Source: Verrucomicrobiota bacterium
GTDB taxonomy: Bacteria > Verrucomicrobiota > Verrucomicrobiia > Chthoniobacterales > UBA10450
NCBI GenBank assembly: GCA_046731855.1
Contig: JBKPLX010000168.1
Location: 1-59,400 of the forward strand
DNA length: 59,400 nt
Direction of reading: 5' to 3'
Shown: one piece after another, positions 27,268 through 36,855 of the stretch
How positions within the stretch are numbered: position 1 is the first letter of the stretch
Layout of the letters: each line of letters opens with the position of its first letter
Notes under the pieces: model-generated
Told to the model about the DNA's origin: nothing
Databases searched by the model: none
The model's input: the letters and a program-made list of their open reading frames with translations, nothing else
Translations under genes and position numbers: made by a program

Positions 27268-28116
27268 CTATAACGGCTTCCTGGCGACGACTAACGACCT
27301 CATGGCCCTCGAGCGAGCGACCGTATTCAAGATAGGGGATAACGTGCGAAAAACTCCGGCCACCACCGGACCGGCGGAATGAGGAACCCAGCAGAAATGC
27401 TCTGTTCGTAGTAACTCGAACCCTTCTTTGACAAATGGCGCCGCGTACTCTTCCAAGGATGGGACATAACACTGTTTCTCTCTTTTCCGACGCAGTCTGT
27501 TCCTGAGGTCACTGCGAAACAACGGGAACCGATTGTTCATGTCAATCACAACACATATACCACCCGGCACGAGCAAATTGAAAATGTCTCTAACGCAATC
27601 CCGCTCCTTTTTCGCGTCGTGGCAATATCGAATTGTGTTTACCCCGAGAACGAAGTGAAACGAATTCTGAAGAGACGACTTCTCTGTTCCAGCCGACGTC
27701 GAAATATCCCTAATCAAGCTCTCATTTTGGGCAACGCAGAATTGAAGGCTGTGAAAATCCTGCCCGCGAAGGTAATTCTTGGCCTCGCGTCTCGCCGTTT
27801 CAACCATCGCGGGGGAAAAGTCAGTGCCAATAGCTTGTGCAATGTGAATCCCCCTGTTTTTTAGCATCGTAACGAGGCGAAGGAGATTCATCCCGCCTCC
27901 GCAACCAAATTCCAGGATACGAAGGCCACCCTGACCGGCTTGCTCAGGCAAGAGGTTGAGCGCTTCAAGGTAAACCGCCTTATAATCATGATCGAGAAGA
28001 TAGTTAATTCCGGAACCAGCCGTGGCCCAGGTGTACTTCGAGATCTCATTCTCTGCTGAGTATTGGTCTAAGTAAGCATTTGTTTCCATAAACTTATCAG
28101 TGTTTGTAGTAATCAT
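27268..28116 (-). CDS. Class I SAM-dependent methyltransferase
   Basis: 282-aa ORF with LRILEFGCGGGMNLL (motif I) and LLVPGGICVVIDMN. Confidence 0.8.
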   Translation of the reverse strand: MITTNTDKFMETNAYLDQYSAENEISKYTWATAGSGINYLLDHDYKAVYLEALNLLPEQAGQGGLRILEFGCGGGMNLLRLVTMLKNRGIHIAQAIGTDFSPAMVETARREAKNYLRGQDFHSLQFCVAQNESLIRDISTSAGTEKSSLQNSFHFVLGVNTIRYCHDAKKERDCVRDIFNLLVPGGICVVIDMNNRFPLFRSDLRNRLRRKREKQCYVPSLEEYAAPFVKEGFELLRTEHFCWVPHSAGPVVAGVFRTLSPILNTVARSRAMRSLVVARKPL

Positions 28117-28164
28117 ATTGAGTTAGTCGTTAGAATTCGGATATTTTGATTGCCCAACGTCGCC

Positions 28165-29091
28165 TTAAGGTTGGATATGGCTTTTAGGTGCCGTTAGTCG
28201 AAAACTGTTCACCTTCTCGAATCGAAGAAGAGTGGAAAAAATCGCTTTCAGTTTTTTCATTTGTTCGTGCCGATGAAAATGCATTAACTCCGGCGACACA
28301 ATGCGGTTAACTCTTCGCAACGCGGCCCACACATAACCCAAAAGCAGGGCAATTCCACCCAGCAGAACCGGTTTCTTTGTCATCCGATATGTCACGCGGA
28401 ACAATTGCCACATTGGGGAACCGCCCAGGCAATAGTCTTTTTTTCCATACGAGAAGAGGGCGCGTAAAGGGCCTTTCTCGGCCGTCCCAAGCGTTCGGTA
28501 ATGATGAAATCGTTTTTCGGGGAACGACCGCACTGTCCATCCCTTCATCCGTGCTGTCATGACCGCAATCCAGTCTAATCCTCCGGCCCGATTTGGTACA
28601 TAGCCGCCAATCTCTTGGAAACATTCACGCCGGAACAGTTGACACGGCCCGCTTACGTAATTCTCACCTTCGAAGCTGTCCTTGCTGGAATCGTAATCTC
28701 CATCCTGAGTAAAAGGAGTTCCCGCAACACCCAACTTCGGGTCTTCAGAAAATCTTTGCATCAAGAACTCCATGTAGTCAGGCCCGAATGAAATGTCCGC
28801 GTCGAGATTACCCACTATTTCAAACTGAAGCGAACTAGCGCGCTCTAAACCGCCGTTAACGGCGTGCGCTTTGGACGCAAAATTGCGATAACGATCCTGT
28901 ACTTGGCGAACCAGTTCAATCCAAGGATAACGCCTTGCGTAATTTTCGACGATCTCCGCCGTCCGATCCGTTGAGTTATCATCCACTATGATCCATCGCT
29001 CGGGCAGAGCTGTCTGCGTGATCACTGAGTCAAGCGTCTTTGCAATGAAAGCCTCCTCGTTGCGCGCCGAGGTGATTAGGACGTATTTCAT
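28165..29091 (-). CDS. Glycosyltransferase family 2
   Basis: 308-aa ORF. MKYVLITSARNEEAFIAKTLDSVITQTALPERWIIVDDNSTDRT is a classic GT2 N-terminus, and NLDADISF is a DXD-type motif. Confidence 0.85.
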   Translation of the reverse strand: MKYVLITSARNEEAFIAKTLDSVITQTALPERWIIVDDNSTDRTAEIVENYARRYPWIELVRQVQDRYRNFASKAHAVNGGLERASSLQFEIVGNLDADISFGPDYMEFLMQRFSEDPKLGVAGTPFTQDGDYDSSKDSFEGENYVSGPCQLFRRECFQEIGGYVPNRAGGLDWIAVMTARMKGWTVRSFPEKRFHHYRTLGTAEKGPLRALFSYGKKDYCLGGSPMWQLFRVTYRMTKKPVLLGGIALLLGYVWAALRRVNRIVSPELMHFHRHEQMKKLKAIFSTLLRFEKVNSFRLTAPKSHIQP

Positions 29092-29170
29092 CAGTCAGAT
29101 ATCAGAAGACGGAAACCAGGAATTAGAATGAATAGCTAGAAAGGAGATAGCCTTGGTCAGGTTGAGCCAT

Positions 29171-30895
29171 CTAATTCGCCAAGTTTTCTTTGGCGTGTCC
29201 CCACTTTTTTCTTCTCGCCTTTTTTTGTTGTGAGTCCAGTGTCACGCCGGCTCTCGGCTGTGGCGGAGCTAGCGACGTAATCAGCGGGTGCGGATAAACG
29301 TAAGGCGTGTAGCCAGGCATGGGCGTGTTGTTGAAGTAATCCCGGCCCTCGACGAGGGTCGTACCACCGATGGCGGCGATGAAGTTCACGAGATTGTTGT
29401 TCTGATCTTTGTTGTTCCACGAGTAACACGGCTCGCTTGCCTGCTGCATCCACCGCGGATTGTTCCTGTTCATCGTTCCTGTTTGGGCGCCGAGGCCCGG
29501 CTGGTCGAGGACTTGGATCGCCTTGCGAATCTCGTACGTGTTGCCAACCGCGAAGCCCTGCGATTGCCACTGTTCGATCCAGAGTGTGTTAGTCGTATTT
29601 GAACTGATGACCGCTGTTGCGCCGTCGGATAGACGTCGGATGCTGTATCCTCGCCACCGGTTCTTGGGCCAGTTCTTCGTCGAATCCGTGGCTGTGTACG
29701 GATGACCGTTCGAGACAGAGGTCAGGGTCCCGCTCGCAAATAAATATGGCGGGCGCCCGTCAACGTGGCTGCCATCCGCCTCGGTCGCGTTGTAATCCCA
29801 AGGACTAGACCCGTTCGCGCCGAAAAATGGCGGCCCAAAGTTGTAAATCATCCGATACACCTGCATGTCGATTCCGTTCACGCCTCCGTCCAACGCCACG
29901 ATCTTGTTGTCGTGGACAACCGCACCGCCGCCGTTGGAGGCAGTCAGCGCATGATAGTTCTGCGCCAGATCAAATTCATTGTTGTAAATCTCCACTGCTC
30001 GCGCTGCACGACCGTCATGGAAAGTTTGTCCGGTGCCGTGGCTCGCCATATTTGCATAAACAAACTTGTTGTGCCGCACGACGACCTTCGAACCGAGAGT
30101 CAAGTCGATGCCGCCGTAGCTAAGATTGTCCTCCACAAAGAAGAAGTCAGGGCCCCCATATCCTGCTGGAAGCCTCCAGGGCGGGTCGCCGTGCGTAGCG
30201 CTCTGAAAACCCATCGTGAAATGTGCAAGCCCTTCGTTGCTAACGGGGTTGCGCTTTGTATTGTGATCGATTACGCCGTAGTTGTAATCACTCACGCCTA
30301 TCATTGGAGAGAAATAGACGTGGTCAAAAACACAGTGATCAATGCGGGTCGGTGTTGTCCCCGCTACCCTGATGATACCGTTGCTCTGCATCTGGGTGCG
30401 CCCTTGCAAGAATGTGATTCCCGTTACGCGCTGGCCTCCGGGCGCTTTTAACTCGATCAAGCCATTGTTCGCTGTCAGTGGAATGTTATCTTGGATGATT
30501 GTATTGTCGATGGACGTGCCGTCATCATTTCTGATCGTTTGACCCTTTAGGGTAATCGCCTTGGTCAAACGAACTGTGGCAGTCCAACTAAACGTCCCGG
30601 CAGGAATCGTGATTGTGTCGCCGTCGACGGCTTGTGTGTTGTGAATCTGCTGTACGTTTCCTGCTGATCCATCGGATTGCCACGTTCTACCGCTGGGCGT
30701 CGCGGCAGGTTGCGCCGCCTTGCCAGAAGCAGCGAAAAGGAGTGCGGCGATGACCCAATACAAAACCGCATAATTTGGCTGCGACTCAAACGACGAATCG
30801 GGAACGAAAGGCCAATGGCGTCCCACCCGACGCGCGGAGGGGCGACTTATGCCTGATTGAATCCGAGCCCTAACTTCCAAGATCTTAATCAGCAA
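29171..30895 (-). CDS. Secreted right-handed beta-helix (pectate-lyase-fold) protein, paralog of 5719..7617 without FG-GAP repeats
   Basis: 574-aa ORF. NVQQIHNTQAVDGDTITIPAGTFSWTATVRLTKAITLKGQT aligns with the paralog's SVQSIHNNQAHDGDTITVPSGTFSWTSRIYLTKAITLQGNT. Shared motifs are RIDHCVF, SHGTGQTFHDGRAARAVEIYNNEF and NNTPMPGYTPY.YPHPL. A hydrophobic signal-like segment is present, and the exact start is uncertain. Confidence 0.8.
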   Translation of the reverse strand: MLIKILEVRARIQSGISRPSARRVGRHWPFVPDSSFESQPNYAVLYWVIAALLFAASGKAAQPAATPSGRTWQSDGSAGNVQQIHNTQAVDGDTITIPAGTFSWTATVRLTKAITLKGQTIRNDDGTSIDNTIIQDNIPLTANNGLIELKAPGGQRVTGITFLQGRTQMQSNGIIRVAGTTPTRIDHCVFDHVYFSPMIGVSDYNYGVIDHNTKRNPVSNEGLAHFTMGFQSATHGDPPWRLPAGYGGPDFFFVEDNLSYGGIDLTLGSKVVVRHNKFVYANMASHGTGQTFHDGRAARAVEIYNNEFDLAQNYHALTASNGGGAVVHDNKIVALDGGVNGIDMQVYRMIYNFGPPFFGANGSSPWDYNATEADGSHVDGRPPYLFASGTLTSVSNGHPYTATDSTKNWPKNRWRGYSIRRLSDGATAVISSNTTNTLWIEQWQSQGFAVGNTYEIRKAIQVLDQPGLGAQTGTMNRNNPRWMQQASEPCYSWNNKDQNNNLVNFIAAIGGTTLVEGRDYFNNTPMPGYTPYVYPHPLITSLAPPQPRAGVTLDSQQKKARRKKWGHAKENLAN

Positions 30896-30933
30896 AAGTT
30901 ATTGAAGGATTGGTGCAGAAGAGACCACCCAGG

Positions 30934-32334
30934 CTAGGAGCTTGTTTCAACATAAGTCAGTTCCAGGTCTTCTTCTGATCTCGCGAGACCGACCGATGAT
31001 TGCGCAGACGCCAGGCGAGATCGTGGATAATCCATGGCAATGATGTAGAAAATGAACCAGATCGCGCTAACCGTTTTAAAAGCAGCTTCAGTCCAGTTGT
31101 AAACGACGACTGCGGTAAGAAAGCCTAGTCGAAACCGCGCCCATTCAAAATTCCAAAAAAGCTCGCTGCGTATTTTCCAGAACGTGGCAACAAACAGTCC
31201 GATCAGTAGGAACAACCCAATTGACCCCAGGGTCAAATAAGTTTCCAAATAACCATTATGGGCCTCATTTGGGATATAAAAGAAAATTCCTTCCAGCTGC
31301 TTTGGCCTGTCTCCCAACCAAAAGCTTTCAAACCCCGTTCCAAGAATCGGGTTGGTATGCAATTCCAGGAGGTTTGTCCAAAGCAGTGTTCTCCCCGAAA
31401 GGCCGGAGCCCCTGCCCAGAGCCTCCGAATAGCGGCCTGAAATCCCAAGCGCCAGCTCTGCTGCCACTAAGAGAACTAGCGCTGTTAAGAGGTAGGTCCC
31501 AATAAAATTCTTCTTTACAAAACGGCTGCCGAGAAACACGACAACCAGTACGCCAACACACAGAGATGTGAGAGATGTGGCGCTGTGCGCCTGTGAGAAA
31601 AGCCACGAGATACCGATCAAAAAACCGACAATTAGCCGAAGCTCTTTTCGTCTCCAAGTGTTGCGGTCACCTCGCCAGGTTTGCAGCAAGTACCAACAGA
31701 AAAAGTAACCCAGGATCAGGCAATCGGCACCCAGCATATTTTTGTTAGCGGTGATACCTGTGCTTGTAACCGTGCCCCACTCGTCGAAACCCCGGCCCCA
31801 TTGAGGATAGTATTTAATGAACAGAAAGGAAACCGGGACGACTACATAAGCACACCTTTTCAGCAATGTTTTGACCGCTTCGACAGGATTAGGTTCCGTA
31901 AGAATGATCAGCACCATGATCGGATGACCAAGAATCTTGATCCATCGCTTGAAAGCCACGAAGGGAAAATCGGACCACGCAATGGAAATGAAACAGTAGA
32001 GCAAGAAAATGATAAGCCAGCGATTATCCTGAATAACCTCTGAAACACGGACTTGCCTCTTAACAAGAACACACGAGCCCGCCACAATCATGAAAAGGAA
32101 AAACCAAGCGTCGAGCGGACTTCCGTCTTCCACCGAAACGGCGCCGCTTACCGGTAAGCCGAAGATGTTGAGCCATTGAGAAAGGGCTCTTGAGCAACCG
32201 ATCATCAGCCAAATAAGTGGGAGCCACAGAGCTCCGCTCACATCGGGCCTTTGCCGGATGTCCCGCCTGAAAAGAAAGGCGACGAAGGCAAGCGTAAGGC
32301 AGCACGCTATACTGGCAGGCAAGTGTAGGCCCAT
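30934..32334 (-). CDS. O-antigen ligase-family membrane protein (candidate Wzy polymerase)
   Basis: 466-aa polytopic ORF. EAHNGYLETYLTLGSIGLFLLIGLF matches the Wzy_C/O-antigen ligase signature (H N.YL...G). Confidence 0.75.
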   Translation of the reverse strand: MGLHLPASIACCLTLAFVAFLFRRDIRQRPDVSGALWLPLIWLMIGCSRALSQWLNIFGLPVSGAVSVEDGSPLDAWFFLFMIVAGSCVLVKRQVRVSEVIQDNRWLIIFLLYCFISIAWSDFPFVAFKRWIKILGHPIMVLIILTEPNPVEAVKTLLKRCAYVVVPVSFLFIKYYPQWGRGFDEWGTVTSTGITANKNMLGADCLILGYFFCWYLLQTWRGDRNTWRRKELRLIVGFLIGISWLFSQAHSATSLTSLCVGVLVVVFLGSRFVKKNFIGTYLLTALVLLVAAELALGISGRYSEALGRGSGLSGRTLLWTNLLELHTNPILGTGFESFWLGDRPKQLEGIFFYIPNEAHNGYLETYLTLGSIGLFLLIGLFVATFWKIRSELFWNFEWARFRLGFLTAVVVYNWTEAAFKTVSAIWFIFYIIAMDYPRSRLASAQSSVGLARSEEDLELTYVETSS

Positions 32335-32447
32335 AATTAGGTTCCGTTGAATCGGTAAGTGGGTACCACGATCAAATTGAAAAAAGGAACGCTTTGATTT
32401 TCCAAGGGACAGCAGTACTTAGAATGTGGAAAACTACCGTCCGATTT

Positions 32448-32975
32448 TCAGGTCCGGACGCCGGAGTTTTCGAGACGTCGCAGCAGCCGCGCCGGGTTGC
32501 CAACGTAAATCCCCGGCTCGGTAATGTCGTTAGTAACAACCGCGCCGGCGCCAATGACGACTTGATCGCAGATCGTGACCGGAAGAATGGTGGCATTTGT
32601 TCCAACGCTTACACGATTCCCAAGCCTTGTTGCTCGCCAAGAGTCCGGATTTACGGCAGGGCCGCCGGCAACGAACAGATCATTAATGAACATGGCTCCA
32701 TGAGAAATGAAGCATTCGTCTCCGATCGTTACGAGCTCACAGATAAATGAGTGCGATTGAATCCTGCATCGCTTCCCGATGGTTACTCCCTTTTGTATCT
32801 CTACGAATGGGCCGATGAAACTGCCGTCTCCAATTGTGCATCCATAAAGATTGACCGGTTGCACCACGGTCACGGTTTTACCAAACGTTACATCAACAAC
32901 CCCTGCATGCCGGATTTCTGGCTTTGTCACAAACATCTCGCTTGGTGGCTGAGTTAAAGGAACCTGGGTAGTCAA
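32448..32975 (-). CDS. Left-handed beta-helix (hexapeptide) sugar N-acetyltransferase (WbpD/QdtC-like)
   Basis: 175-aa ORF with hexapeptide repeats (IGDGSFIGPFVEIQKGVTIGKRCRIQSHSFI...IGAGAVVTNDI...YVGNPAR). Confidence 0.75.
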   Translation of the reverse strand: MTTQVPLTQPPSEMFVTKPEIRHAGVVDVTFGKTVTVVQPVNLYGCTIGDGSFIGPFVEIQKGVTIGKRCRIQSHSFICELVTIGDECFISHGAMFINDLFVAGGPAVNPDSWRATRLGNRVSVGTNATILPVTICDQVVIGAGAVVTNDITEPGIYVGNPARLLRRLENSGVRT

Positions 32976-33014
32976 GAATGCAGAGGCCGGTTTATCTAGG
33001 AAAGGCAGAGCCAG

Positions 33015-34313
33015 TCACGAGCTGATCTCTGTGAATTTCTTCCCGCGATGCGTTTCACAGCACGCTTTTGGTTCCCAGTTGAAAAGTGTTTCATACGCGG
33101 TCACAAGGTTTTGGCCGACCTTCGCCCATTGCAGTTCCTCCGCGACGCGGCGGCGGCCATAGGTGCCCATTCTCTCTTGAAGCGCGGGCTGGTCCATAAG
33201 TTCGGCGATCGCCTCCGCGAATCGAGTTTCGTTGTTTGGTTCAACATACATCGCAGCTTCCCTGGCAGAAAAGCGCGTTTCCTTCAAGTCGAAGGACACG
33301 ATTGGCTTTGCAGAGGCCATATATTCCATCACCTTGATCCAAGTAGACACGTCGTTTAACGGGCTGGAAGGATCGGGATCCACGCAAATGTGGGCAGCCG
33401 CAAGGTTAGCTTGCAATTCTTCATCGGAGACGAAGCCGGTTAGTTCAACCCACCCGTTAAGCTGTAGGTTTGCGGCCAGATCGCGCAAATCTTGCAGTGA
33501 GTCCCCGGTCCCCATTATGACGCAATAAAAGTCCGAACGCTTCAAGCCATGCACTAAATGCCGCAATGACCTAAGCAGATAATCAACACCGTCTTGTGGA
33601 TTTAGGCTGCCGATGTAGCATAAGATGGACTTGTTCATTGCTTTCAAACGGACGCTGGGTGAGGCCGGCGTCATTCGCATCCGGTTCGGACCATTTCTTA
33701 CGATGAAGATATCACGGGGATTCTTGTTCGCGCGTTTGATTTGTATCTGTTTGTACGATTCGTTCGTCGCGATGGTAACGTCTGCAAGTTTCAAGCTGCA
33801 CCATTCGAACAACCCTAGAAGCCGGGTGTAAAATCCTTCTGCGGCGTTATAACGGGACCGATAAAGCTCCGGGCAGAGATCGTGCTGATCGAAAACAAAT
33901 TTCTTTCCGAGCAGCTTGAAAGGCAAAGCCGCTAAAAAGAGAGTATCGGGAGGATTGTGAGCGTGCATCACGTCGAAGCCGCGCGTCACAAGAATGTAAG
34001 CGCTAACTATTAGACAGGCTGATGTGAAGTAGCAGTACTCAACAACATAACCAAGGAAGGATTTCAGTTTAACAAGAGCCAGATTGAGTCGGTTAACCGT
34101 TGTGGATGGAGTCTTTTTAAACAGTTCCAGCGTTGGCAGGCGGTAAACGTCGACGCCGTCCAAGGTCTCGCGCCCTGGCTGACCCTGTTTCCGAAGCGCG
34201 ATGACCGCGACCTTGTAACCTGCTTCAGTGAGCAAAGCGGCTTCGTTCCTGACACGAGTGTCCTGTGGAAATTGGTTCTCAACCCACATCAGGATTTTGA
34301 TTGGCGATCGCAT
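33015..34313 (-). CDS. Glycosyltransferase family 4 (WbuB-like)
   Basis: 432-aa ORF with KILMWVENQFPQDTRVRNEAALLTEAGYKV, MHAHNPPD and a typical GT-B C-terminal half. Confidence 0.75.
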   Translation of the reverse strand: MRSPIKILMWVENQFPQDTRVRNEAALLTEAGYKVAVIALRKQGQPGRETLDGVDVYRLPTLELFKKTPSTTVNRLNLALVKLKSFLGYVVEYCYFTSACLIVSAYILVTRGFDVMHAHNPPDTLFLAALPFKLLGKKFVFDQHDLCPELYRSRYNAAEGFYTRLLGLFEWCSLKLADVTIATNESYKQIQIKRANKNPRDIFIVRNGPNRMRMTPASPSVRLKAMNKSILCYIGSLNPQDGVDYLLRSLRHLVHGLKRSDFYCVIMGTGDSLQDLRDLAANLQLNGWVELTGFVSDEELQANLAAAHICVDPDPSSPLNDVSTWIKVMEYMASAKPIVSFDLKETRFSAREAAMYVEPNNETRFAEAIAELMDQPALQERMGTYGRRRVAEELQWAKVGQNLVTAYETLFNWEPKACCETHRGKKFTEISS

Positions 34314-34339
34314 TATGATCGGACTGTGTTGTAGCAGTG

Positions 34340-35647
34340 CTACCAGCAGATGCCTTGATAATTGGGAGAAGCCTTCACGCTTTCTCGTGGTAACCGAATC
34401 AAATCAATAATTAATTTTGAATCGCCATTATTGGTTACAGCTTCCTGAATATTCGAATTATTCTTGCCAACTACCACTACGTCACTGGCTTCGATGGCTT
34501 CCTTTGCAGAAGAAACCATCAACGATGAAATGTGCGGTATTGCTTGTTCGATGTACTGCTTGTTCGCACCTACGAGTCTCGCTAAAGCAACTTCTTCGTC
34601 GTAGATACTCAATTTATATCCTTTGCCGATCAAGGTTTCGATCAATCCAACAATCGGACTTTCACGGAGATCGTCGGATCCGCCCTTGAAACTGAGGCCC
34701 AAGACACCGACACGGTTTTTGCCCGTGTGGCGGATCAAATTGAAGGCTAGCTCGATCTGCTTACGATTGGTTTCGAGCACAGCACCTAGCACCGGCAGTT
34801 CCAGATCCAATTGCTTCGCCTTGTAAAGAATAGCGCGAACGTCCTTTGGCAAACACGAGCCACCAAAAGCAAATCCGGGTTTAAGGTAATAGGGAGAAAT
34901 GTTCAGCTTTGCGTCTTTGCAAAAAATCTCCATTACTTTGTGGCTATCAGTTCCCATCGCCTTACAGAGATTCCCGATCTCATTCGCGAAACACACTTTC
35001 AGGGCGTGAAATGCGTTGGAGGCGTACTTGATCAACTCAGCTACCGAAAGCGGCGTACGCTCTACGGGAGCCTTTAGGCTAGAATAAAGATCGGCAACCT
35101 GGTCAGCAGCACGCTCGTCACTGGTTCCGATGATCGTAAACGCAGGATGGTGAAAATCATGAATAGCTGTCGTTTCGCGCATGAACTCGGGATTCATGCA
35201 GATACCGAAATCCTTTCCATCCTTCTTACCAGATTCGTTTTCCAGCAAGGGACGCACCACATCGTTCACGGTTCCCGGCAAAACGGTGCTTCGGACGACT
35301 ACGACGTGGTAGCTGTTTGCTTTTCGTAGCAACTGACCGATCTCGCTCAAAACTCTTTTAAGCTGGGCAAGACCTAGACTGCCATTGTCATTACTCGGCG
35401 TGCCAACACAAACCAGGGAAACATCGCCGAGGCTCTGCGCCCGCTGAGTAGCTTGCAGGCGCTTCGCCATGACCCCGCGACGAATCAATTCTTCCAAGCC
35501 CGGTTCGATAATGGGACTTTTTCCCGAATTAATGAGAGAGACTTTGACTTCTTGTAAGTCCACACCGGTCACTGAATGACCCATCTCAGCCAAGCATGCG
35601 GCCGTTACGCAGCCTACGTAGCCCATTCCAAAAACTGTTACCTGCAT
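34340..35647 (-). CDS. GDP-mannose 6-dehydrogenase (AlgD-like nucleotide-sugar dehydrogenase)
   Basis: 435-aa ORF that aligns end to end with AlgD as I recall it: [75 protein letters not shown] and a C-terminal QGICW (AlgD has EGICW). Confidence 0.75.
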   Translation of the reverse strand: MQVTVFGMGYVGCVTAACLAEMGHSVTGVDLQEVKVSLINSGKSPIIEPGLEELIRRGVMAKRLQATQRAQSLGDVSLVCVGTPSNDNGSLGLAQLKRVLSEIGQLLRKANSYHVVVVRSTVLPGTVNDVVRPLLENESGKKDGKDFGICMNPEFMRETTAIHDFHHPAFTIIGTSDERAADQVADLYSSLKAPVERTPLSVAELIKYASNAFHALKVCFANEIGNLCKAMGTDSHKVMEIFCKDAKLNISPYYLKPGFAFGGSCLPKDVRAILYKAKQLDLELPVLGAVLETNRKQIELAFNLIRHTGKNRVGVLGLSFKGGSDDLRESPIVGLIETLIGKGYKLSIYDEEVALARLVGANKQYIEQAIPHISSLMVSSAKEAIEASDVVVVGKNNSNIQEAVTNNGDSKLIIDLIRLPRESVKASPNYQGICW

Positions 35648-35665
35648 AGAAAGTTGCCTTATACT

Positions 35666-36643
35666 CTAGGCTCCAGTAGCCGTCGCGGCCTTGGTGACAC
35701 GCGCACAAAACTGGGCCATTTTTCTCGGTGTCGTGTTCCAAAAGGCGCCGTGATAGCGCCGTTTTACGTACTCCAGAAACGACTTGTAGTGGGCGACCGG
35801 ATATTCTCGTGATGTTGCGGCCGCGCCATCAAAGCACAAATAGTCAGGATGAACATCAATTAGGGCCATCCCGCCATGTTCGGCAATCCAGTCGAGCTTT
35901 CGCATCCAGATTTCCGGCGTCTTCTCTTGCAACAACACAAAAAGAGTGAAGTCTTGAGGAAGCGTATATGGCAGTTCAACATAGCCTCTTGACGAGGAGT
36001 TAGTGCCCAATGGTTGGCAGCTCATCGACTCGCCGTTCAGGCACGGGACCCAGAAGGGAAAGATTGTGTGGCGTCCCTGGGGCTGAGGTTCGAATGGGTC
36101 CGTATCAAAGGTGGAAGCATCGTACTGCACATTGAGATCGTGGAGCCAATCGAGATTACGCAACATGAATCCCGATCTGAACCCAGAAGCACCCCATTCA
36201 CGTGCGTAGCCGTTGATTCTCGCGGCATGCCGTTTGAACTTGCGATGCGAGGAGAAGAGATGACCGTCGTGTTTGAGGTCGTGTATTCCAATCTCGAATC
36301 CCTCGGCAGCGAGCTCTTGCCTTAATTCGGCTGGGATTTTATAGCTTCCCTCTGGAATAAAATTAAAAGAAGAGCGGAATCCAAGATCCAGTTCCAATTG
36401 CATTAAAGCTCGGCACCTTTCAAGTCCTACCTTGCTCTCGACGTCATGGGTTAAAACAAATGCGAATTGTTTGCCCTCTGGCCAGCCGGGCCAGTTTTCC
36501 GGTGGGCGTTCCGATCCCGGCATAATCGGCCAGACATCTCCGGTGCGCTTACGTAAGCGTTTGGCCAGCTTTCGCCTAAGCGCCGTTCGAACGGATTGGG
36601 GAACGAAAGGCTTCAGCCAGTAATAAATTCTATTGCGTAACAT
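35666..36643 (-). CDS. Polysaccharide deacetylase (CE4/NodB-homology) family protein
   Basis: 325-aa ORF with FAFVLTHDVES (Asp motif), FEIGIHDLKHDGHLF (His motif) and GFRSGF. Confidence 0.7.
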   Translation of the reverse strand: MLRNRIYYWLKPFVPQSVRTALRRKLAKRLRKRTGDVWPIMPGSERPPENWPGWPEGKQFAFVLTHDVESKVGLERCRALMQLELDLGFRSSFNFIPEGSYKIPAELRQELAAEGFEIGIHDLKHDGHLFSSHRKFKRHAARINGYAREWGASGFRSGFMLRNLDWLHDLNVQYDASTFDTDPFEPQPQGRHTIFPFWVPCLNGESMSCQPLGTNSSSRGYVELPYTLPQDFTLFVLLQEKTPEIWMRKLDWIAEHGGMALIDVHPDYLCFDGAAATSREYPVAHYKSFLEYVKRRYHGAFWNTTPRKMAQFCARVTKAATATGA

Positions 36644-36855
36644 GAAATCTTACGAGTCCAGCGATCACGGTGGCGGTAGTGTGGGTACCACTAACTGTCC
36701 GATTCCTGTGTGCTTTCGCTTTAGACCCGGTCTGGAAGCACAAGAAGGATTACGAGTAAGAGTAAAAAAACAGACAGCATTCGCAGGATATCAATAATCC
36801 CAGGAGCCGTTGCAGAAACGAGAGCGGATGTTCAGCCATTATTAATGCGGACCAA

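Noticed and set aside
36672-36679. An exact GGCGGTAG (ops / JUMPstart-like RfaH recruitment motif) in the 212-nt spacer between the deacetylase and co-polymerase genes
   Set aside because: It is on the plus strand, but the operon is transcribed on the minus strand, where it reads CTACCGCC. An 8-mer match on the wrong strand is most likely chance.
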